In this document: one piece after another, positions 62,420 through 64,000 of the stretch
How the letters are laid out: the number at the start of each line of letters is the position of its first letter
Numbering within the stretch: position 1 is the first letter of the stretch
Source: Klebsormidium nitens
Taxonomy: Eukaryota > Plantae > Klebsormidiophyceae
NCBI GenBank assembly: GCA_000708835.1
Contig: DF237034.1
Location: 62,001-126,000 of the forward strand
Direction of reading: 5' to 3'
Length of the DNA stretch: 64,000 bases
Notes under the pieces: model-generated
Told to the model about the DNA's origin: nothing
Database searches by the model: none
What the model saw: only the letters and a program-made list of their open reading frames with translations
Made by a program: the position numbers and the translations under genes

Positions 62420-63968
62420 CTACACGAGCTTTAAAACGTACCTTAGTCGTTGAAGAAGTTGATCAGCGTTGAGTGCCCCTTCCTGCAAGTAGAACGCACG
62501 GGGTTTGCCCGTCATTAGTTGCGAAGCTTTGAATGTATGCCAGCGATCGAGTGTGCAGAATCTGACGAAAGCATGGGCTGAGTGTATTAAAAGGCTCGCT
62601 TCAGGTCTGAAGTTGAGCATTCAAAAGAGCGCTTACCACTCTGTCGATTACTTTTCCGTCTTTGAAGAGGACGAGGGTTGGCAAAGCCCTTATGCCGTAC
62701 TTGGACGCCAAGACTGGGTACTTCTGGGTATCGATTTTCACCTGTAATCAATGCCCTCCGTCTTAGTTCCTGACCTTCTACACAAACCTTGCAAGACTGA
62801 AGTGTCCGCTCTCTCAATGAAGCGACTAGAATAAACTGGGTTACTCAAATGGAGTCGGAGCTTCAAAGGTGCCAACAGACAGCTGAGACATTGAGCGGGC
62901 AGGGACGACAAGCATGTCCTCATTGTATGTGACAAACACAAAATCGAGAAGGCTTACCACTTTGAGGTGTGGTTTCAGCTGTGTCCCTACTTCATTGAGC
63001 ACCGGTGTCATCATGTGGCATGGTCCGCAGAAGTCAGCATACCAGTCGACCTGTTGTGTGACAAGAAGCGGATCCCCTGATGATTGTCCAAACAAGAAAA
63101 CGAGGTGATAAGAACTGCGCCAGACCAGAAGTCTCTCAGCAGTTGAGTTGATTATCGAGGAGAAGGCGAAAATAGTGGTTTGCAGAGTTCACTACTCCTG
63201 ACGGTCAAAAGTTGGAAAGAGATACAGAGAGTCTTATGTATATTGTGCCCATGTTTGGCTGCTTCTGCAGGACACGCCCTTGGCCAAGAAAGTCACTCAC
63301 CAGTACAGGCTGCTCGCTGCCCTCTATAAGTTCCTCAAAAGTTCTGAATGTTTTCTTTGCAGCACCCGTAATCTGGAACAAACACAAAAAGAATTACTGT
63401 CAGGCGTGTCAAGATGAAGATCCGTAACTACAGTAGCTTGACGGAAGAAAGCAAACCCAACACTACAAGTTGGATCCTATGCTGGCTGATGGTGGTGTGA
63501 GTGTTTGAACCTTGCTGATAGCGTCACTGAGATCTTTTGCTTGAGATCAGTGACAAGCGCATCACAATCCAGCATCTGAGAAAAGCCAGTAGGATGCTTC
63601 ACACTTTCAGTCGCAGGAGCAGAAAGAGCGGAGTTGTTCGCACCACCGTGCATCGCCGTATTGGCTTTTGCCCACTTCTCTGGTGCCCAATTCGTGGAGA
63701 AGTCAATGATTCCAACCCGCCACTACTTCTCAATCGAGTTTTTGGTCCAATTGCAGCTCTTTGACCCGGCCACGCAGGTGGGCGTGTGCAATCGAGGCAG
63801 ATGGGCAAAGGCGGACTGGTATATCCAGATATGCACAAGCGACGGGAATTGCTGTGGCAATGCTGTGAAGTGGAAACACAGTGCTCTCTTCTCCGGTGTG
63901 CTTCTTGCGGCCTGACGCCGTTCTGAAAGGTGGCTTGCGGCTGCAATTGCCGCATGAGCGGACGCCAT
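62420..63968 (-). CDS. TRX-y: Plastid thioredoxin y-like protein with an atypical FCGPC active site (5' exon structure uncertain)
   Basis: Spliced ITGAAKKTFRTFEELIEGSEQPVL|VDWYADFCGPCHMMTPVLNEVGTQLKPHLKV|VKIDTQKYPVLASKYGIRALPTLVLFKDGKVIDRV|EGALNADQLLQRLR. KKxTFxxFxxLIxxSxxPVLVD and VKIDTxKYPxxAxKYxIxALPT are Trx-y hallmarks. The start codon (63968 or 63955, or beyond the window) is not resolved. Confidence 0.88.
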
Positions 63969-64000
63969 TCGAAAGGACTGAACTTGGAAGTTGAAGTGCG

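Noticed and set aside
63522-63566. Short hairpin GTCACTGA...TCAGTGAC near the Trx-y 5' region
   Set aside because: It has only ~8 bp of perfect stem with bulged extensions, within chance expectation and too short for a miRNA precursor.
1-64000. Functional gene cluster (AGO + H3K9 demethylase + RMI1 + CELF as a silencing locus), CRISPR arrays, tRNA/rRNA genes, transposase/RT ORFs
   Set aside because: These genes are interspersed with unrelated housekeeping genes, as is normal in a compact eukaryotic genome. I saw no spacer-repeat array, tRNA cloverleaf, rRNA motif or TE protein motif.

Overview
Gene-dense, intron-rich eukaryotic DNA (GT-AG introns, GC3-rich exons, plant-type gene families). 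It is most consistent with a streptophyte green alga such as Klebsormidium; this is an inference, not a database match. I reconstructed 14 protein-coding genes by hand-splicing. In order: CrtI-type phytoene desaturase-like (-, partial), CELF/Bruno-like RRM protein (+), MTP5 zinc transporter (-), phosphoserine aminotransferase (+), secreted GDPD (-), KDM3/JMJ25-type JmjC demethylase (-), SPCS2 (+), 2H-phosphoesterase-like protein (-), alpha-amylase-like protein (+), AGD8/9/10-type ArfGAP (-), RMI1 (+), mitochondrial NFU (-), AGO1/5/10-clade Argonaute (+) and thioredoxin y-like (-). I could not support any tRNA, rRNA, CRISPR array or transposase/RT ORF. Best leads: (1) an intact, probably plastid-targeted alpha-amylase homologue that has lost key catalytic residues but keeps a starch-binding Trp-Trp site (candidate pseudo-amylase); (2) a ~360-nt imperfect foldback inside a CELF intron, containing a competing local hairpin (candidate intronic miRNA or splicing switch); (3) a bacterial/fungal-type CrtI desaturase with native introns; (4) a 2H-fold protein with one His replaced by Lys; (5) near-perfect strand alternation of genes with very uniform spacer lengths.
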